Below are positions 46,301 to 52,300 of a stretch of DNA of 57,801 nt, piece by piece; positions within the stretch are counted from its first letter, which is position 1, and each line of letters begins with the position of its first letter. Origin of the DNA: an uncultured Elusimicrobiales bacterium (GTDB lineage: Bacteria; Elusimicrobiota; Elusimicrobia; Elusimicrobiales; CAZFMJ01); contig CAZFMJ010000004.1 of NCBI GenBank assembly GCA_964520045.1, positions 5,131 through 62,931 of the forward strand, written 5' to 3'. Below the pieces are notes generated by a model. That model saw only the letters and a program-made list of their open reading frames with translations, had not been told where the DNA came from and made no database searches. The position numbers and the translations under genes are program-made.

Positions 46301-49300
46301 ACATACGGATACACCGTGGTTCCGCCTACAAGTGCGACCGAGGTGCTTGCTGCGACCTGCAGACCGCTTTCATTCCACTGCTTGGCTTCAATTGTTATAC
46401 TGCCGGAAGTTAAACCATCGTAAGTAATCGTTCCCATTACGGTCGCGGTGGTAGAGCCGGTTACAGCATAACTGATGAAAAGCTTGCCGAATGTGTCATT
46501 GTAAGAGCAGTTGTCGCACTTATTCATGCCGAGCTTCAGTCCGCCTCCGAAGCCGGTATATTGCAGAGTCGTGCCCGTGCCTACGTATATCCACGGGTTA
46601 TTCCCGATTCTTGCGATAAGCGCTCCGAGAGGCGCCCCCGGAACTATCCCGCCGTAAGTATTTCCGCCCCGCGCGTCAACCTGCGTTCCCTGAACAGTCC
46701 ACTGTCCGGTGGCCGAGATAGAAAGAGTCTGCCCGCCGTATATATTCACGTCCATGTACGCTCCGCACCATTCGCTGTAGCACACCGCAGCGCTCGCGTT
46801 TACGGACGGCTTAACCGTGCGGATACCCGAAGTTATGGGCGCGAACTCCGACACCTGCCCCTGCGTAAGACCCATACCGGAGCTGGAAACTATCACGCCT
46901 ATTGAATCATCGTTTTGGACCTGGCCGGGATTAATTACTCCGGCGGTTATGAGAAAATACCGAGTGGCCGCTGTGACCAAAGGCGGCGCGGACAGATGAT
47001 CGAGGTCGATTACAACCGGTGCCGTGGAAGACGCCGTGAAATAGCCGTTCCCCGTCCATTCATCGTCATAATCGCGCATGCCGTTGCCGTTGTAATCCCT
47101 GTACACGTCTACTTTAAAAGAACTCGGATCGCTTGTGCCTGCAGGAAGCAGACTTAGGTATTTAAAATATGCGTCAAGCCCGTCAGTCCAAACGCCTAGG
47201 TTAAGGATAGGCTCCTCGCTCTCATATGTGTTTTTGGACATATATCCCGAAAACGGCTGATAAGATACAAACATTGTTCCGCCCGGAACGGCCGTTCCCG
47301 AGGATATTTCCAGATTAACATTATCCTCCACAACTCCCGCTGTCGCTGTTATATTGGGTCCGAACTGTCCGCTGCCTTCAAAAGAATCCCACGTTTTGTC
47401 TCCGTCTACGTCCGTGAATACGCGGACGTAATAATCAGAGCCCGGCGCGACAGGGATAGAATACGGCATGTAGGGATAGTACCCCGGGAACTCAATTTTA
47501 TTAGCAAGCAGTCCTCCGGTGGCATGCCATGCTTCCACAATTATCCAGCCCTGCTGATCTCCGTTTTTAAGGATGGTGCCCGCGAATGTCCCCTGATTGT
47601 CAAGAGTTATATTTTTTCCGGTCTGAACCAAAGAACCCTGGGCAAGATATATGCCCGTGGCGCCGTATACTTCACCGGGCTTGCCGTAGCTTCCCTGCGG
47701 ATTATTATTGCCGTCGGCATACGCGTAGACATAATAAGTAGCCGGGGCGGTCAAGTCAACGAAATGATAAGTATGTGGGAAAGAAGGCTGTGCGGATGAA
47801 TACATCAAAACGTACGGATCAGTCGGGTTGTTCGAAGTGCTCAAATACACGTAAAGAGACCCGCCCGTGGAACCGGAATAAGAAACCTGTCCCTCTATTT
47901 CGCCTCCAGACAAACCGCCTTCGGGCGACCATGTCACATAGTTATTGGGGTCCATGCCTCTTTCGTTTACGGAACCCATTTTCGGTCCGCTTGCATTTGT
48001 CATGACAAGATTAAACGAATAAGCCGCGCCCGCCGTGTTTACGTTCGTTGAAACCGAGCCGTCAAAATTCCAGTTATTGAACGTAAGGTTCGCCCCTGAC
48101 GGCGGATTCAGTATTAAAGCCGCTACCCCCGGCTGGAGCCCCATGAAGCTCACATTGTTCATCACGGCATTGCCCGTGTTAAGCGTAATGCCCAGCACAT
48201 TGTCAAAGGTGGTGCCTCCCGCGCTGTTTACCGTGACCGTCCCGCCCAGTATGTATATGGGATATTGCCCGTAATCTACGCCGGATATGAAGGCTGAGGA
48301 AGCCCCTCCGCTCCTGAACGTTCCGGAAGAAGTCACCGTCAGTCCCGCTGAGCCGAGATACAGCGGGCTGTTCGAATTTACCGCGTTCAAAAAGAGCGTT
48401 CCGTTGGAAGCGCCCCCTACGGTGATTCCTCCTTTCGCCTGCAGTGACTGGCCGTTAGTGTCAAGCGTTCCGCCCTGAATATCGATGGCATTATCCACGG
48501 TAAGCTGGTTAAAAGACGGGCTCTGCACTATTCTCACCGTTCCGGTGAACGACGGCCCCAGAGTGAGGCTCTTGGACGTGTTCCAAAAGATATCCCAGTC
48601 GCACTGTTTATCGGCATTTGTCCCCACTCCATCGAATACGACATCATCGCCGTATCCCGGCGGCATATTGCCTTCCCAGTTATTAGCGTCCGTGGCGTAA
48701 TCAGTGACTCCGTTTCCGGTCCATCTGGCCGCTTTGGCCTGTATCCATGCCTTAAAGAAAAGTTCTCCGTAATTGCCGTCATAATAATCATCGTCGTTCA
48801 TCGCAAGGAACAAATCTCCGCTGTTTTCTCCGGAACTTATCGTACTGGAAACGCCTATTAATTGCCATGCTCCGGAATAACCCACTCTCGCGACAAGAGC
48901 TCCGCGCGGAGCGGATTCAATTTTACAGCCCGCGGAACAGGAACCGCTTCCGGCAGGCCCCGTTTCCCCGTAACTGCCGCCGGCGCTCCATGTGCCGGTC
49001 GATTCAATATTCGCGGTCTGGTTATAACCCACCCAGAAATTGCCGTAATTTTCATAATTTCCGGCAAATACGCTGTTCGAAACTTCCATTTGCGCGGAAG
49101 TCATAGGATAACTGCCGTCCGCAATATATCCCTTGCTCAGAGTGAAAGCGTTCTTGGATTGGATAGAAACGCTTACCGTTTTGCCCAAGGCTGAAAAATT
49201 ATTCGGCCTTGCAAGCACATAATAAACGGACGGCGTCGTAGTAATGACTTCGTTTGAATACGTGGTTACCGTAAACGTGGAAACCCCCATATTCCATATG

Positions 49301-52300
49301 TTGCCGACCATCTGATCGTCGTAATAATTATACTTGCCGTCTCCGTTTATTTCTTTGGCTATTGCAACGTCGCTTATTTCATTGTTGGCCATGACTACGC
49401 TGCCGACTATATTAAGCTCAATGCCGTTAAAATATGCTTCCCCTGAATTGACGGCGAGAGTGAACTTAAGCATCGGAGCATCATTATACAGCTTGCCGTA
49501 AGGCAGAGCGGCATTCACGGCAGTGACGGTCATCGTGCCGGCCTCAACCGGCCCGCCGCCGCCGAAATTGACGGTTATGTAATTCGGAACGCCGCCGGTA
49601 ATCCAATTATCGGATGAAGTCCCGTTAGGTTCTCCTTCGTCGTAAACATTATTCATATTATTGTCTACGAATGCGAATGCCGTGACCATAGAGTTGAAAT
49701 AAGTTGAAGGAGGAAGCTCCGTATTCCAAGGCGAAGCGGGGGCCATTTCCCTCAGCATTTCGTCGGGAGTGAGCAAAAATTCGAGATATGCCGTACCGGC
49801 CGGCTTGTTGTTCATCGTAACCGCAACGGGAGCAGGATCAACTATAGTGATAGTCCCGCTTCCAAGTCCGCCTTCGGGCACGAAAATTCTGGCTATGCCG
49901 AACGGCTCGCCTGTATTTCTCTGCATCTGGAAATTACCGTCTGTGTCCCTGAACGCAAACACATAGTAAGTCGCCGGGGCAGGCAGGCTGAAGAACTGAA
50001 AATTGGTGTCGGGCTGCAAACTCGGATTGGAAACCATGCGCCCGTATCCAACGCTTGAAACCAAAACCACGTAATCGCCCGAAGACCCGGAACCCTGAAA
50101 ATCAATCAAAGCCTGTAGATTGCCGGTTCCTCCCCCTCCTCCGCCCGTGAATTCGGTATACGGGAACTTGCCCGTGCTAACGTCATATTCATTTTCAGCG
50201 CCGCCCAAATACGTGCCGGCGGCATAAACATTGCCTATTGAATCCAACGCAATTCCTCCGGGCTCATAGCTCTGGTCAAAACTCTTTATGGCAGAAGCGA
50301 TATAGCCCAAATCGGCGTCAAATTTGCCAACTACCACATCGTCGTTGGTCATTCCGTCATAGGTATTGCCCTGGACATATATGTTTCCGTCCTGCGCAAT
50401 CTTTATAAAGGCCGCGTCGTCGGCGCCGTTCCACTGATAGAAAGCGGTCTGCGCAAGGCCGGAATTATAGCGCACAATTCCGATATCCCTGCCGTTTTGA
50501 GCGCTGGGCACGGCTCCGGTAAGGAACAACTCTCTGGTGCTGTCCTTGAAAGCTATGCTCATCCAGCTGTGTTCGCTAAAATACGCGTTTGTATATGCGC
50601 CTGAAGACACAAATGCAAGAGAAGAATTCAATTTAGCCGTGACGTAATTAGTTGTCCCGCCTATAAAGTTATACCCCGCCAGATAGACGCTGCTGTCGGT
50701 ATTATCAACCGCCACACCGTAACCTTCGTCATTTCCGCCGGCGTCAAATGTGCCGAGAACAGGAGACGCGAGGTCATAGCTATATTTCACGAATTTATAG
50801 TCAGAAGGCGGGCCCATGTGCGGTCCTGCCTCCGACTCCGAGCCTATCACATAAACATTACCCGAGTTATCAACCGTTATTCCGCGCGCAGAAGCGTCGC
50901 CTGAAAGCACTGCGGACGAGATAAGAACGAGACTGTCGTTATATCTGTATGTGCCAAAACCTGTGTCCGCTATCTGTCCCGTAACATAAACGCCGTTATT
51001 GTTTACGGCTATGCCCGTTGGGTACAATTCGGTTATTACCGCATGCGCCTGCTTATTTCCCAAAGTATCATACTTGTAGACTATTCCGCCGATACCCGAA
51101 GATATAGCTATGCCGTACACGTAGCCGTTGTTATACGCCAACCCCTGAGCCATATCCATATCCCCGCCGTCGTACACCGCGCCGCTAGTCTGGTTGAAAT
51201 CTCCCGAGAAAACCGGCGTCCCCCCCCCGCCTCCTCCGCTGAAAGTCAAAACAACGGGATTAGAAGCTGAAGAAGACGCCCATACCGAATAGGTGACGGA
51301 ACTTTCGCCCGCGTCATACTGTCCGTTTTCGGGATTATTGTCCACAAATGCGTTAATGGTTACGTCGTAGCCGAAATAGGGAGACGGCATAACTCCGGTT
51401 TCAAAATACGAATCCGTGGTAGATTCAATATACCCGCTGTACCCCGGAATGTTGACAAATTCAGCTATGACTCTGTCTCCGGCCGGCTTATTACTAAGCG
51501 TTACCGCCATTACGGCTGGGTCGACCACATTTAGCGGAGTGCTGAACGAACCGGCAGTCCCCATGTAATACGACATCCAACCCATAGGTTCGGTAACCGC
51601 GTCTTTCTGGTAGCTTCCGCTCGAGTCCGTGTCCCGCGAGGAAAAAATAAAGTAGGTTGTATTTGAAGAGAGCCCCTTGAATGTGCCTGACGCGCTGGGC
51701 GAGTAAACATACCCCGCGCCGGTATACGGGTCCCCCAGATCGGTGGAAAGGACTATCGAGTAATTGCCCGCATTCACCGAGCCGAGATAATTTAAATTGA
51801 CCGTCAAATCCGAAGTCCCGCCGTAATAGCGCTGTGTGACGGGCATATTGACCGTTGTGGTGGCATTCTCAACGACAGAGAGACCGAGACTGCTTAATCC
51901 GAAAGTTTCACCCGCATCGGGACTTCGGTTGTCATTCCGGTCAAAATAGGCGAACACCGCATAATCGGTACCCGGCACTATACCCGAAAAATCGTATAGA
52001 GCAGTGTATACGCAGGTAGAACAGTTAAAAACCGTATTTACATACAAATGCTCGTCGTCTTCAACGACCAACGAGCCCGCTAAAGGATCCCCGTGAACCA
52101 ATGCGACCCGGAAATTTCCGCTATTCAGACCAAGATTAAGAGTTCCCGCAACCGAGCCCATCTCATGTAAATCAATTGAGCCGGCATCCACTACGGTATC
52201 CGAAGCCGCCGCCACAGCCACAGCATTGGTGTTAAAATACGCCATCGGTCCCCATGTGCCTTTATATCCCAAAGGCTCAAAACCCCTTGGCTCCATGTCT

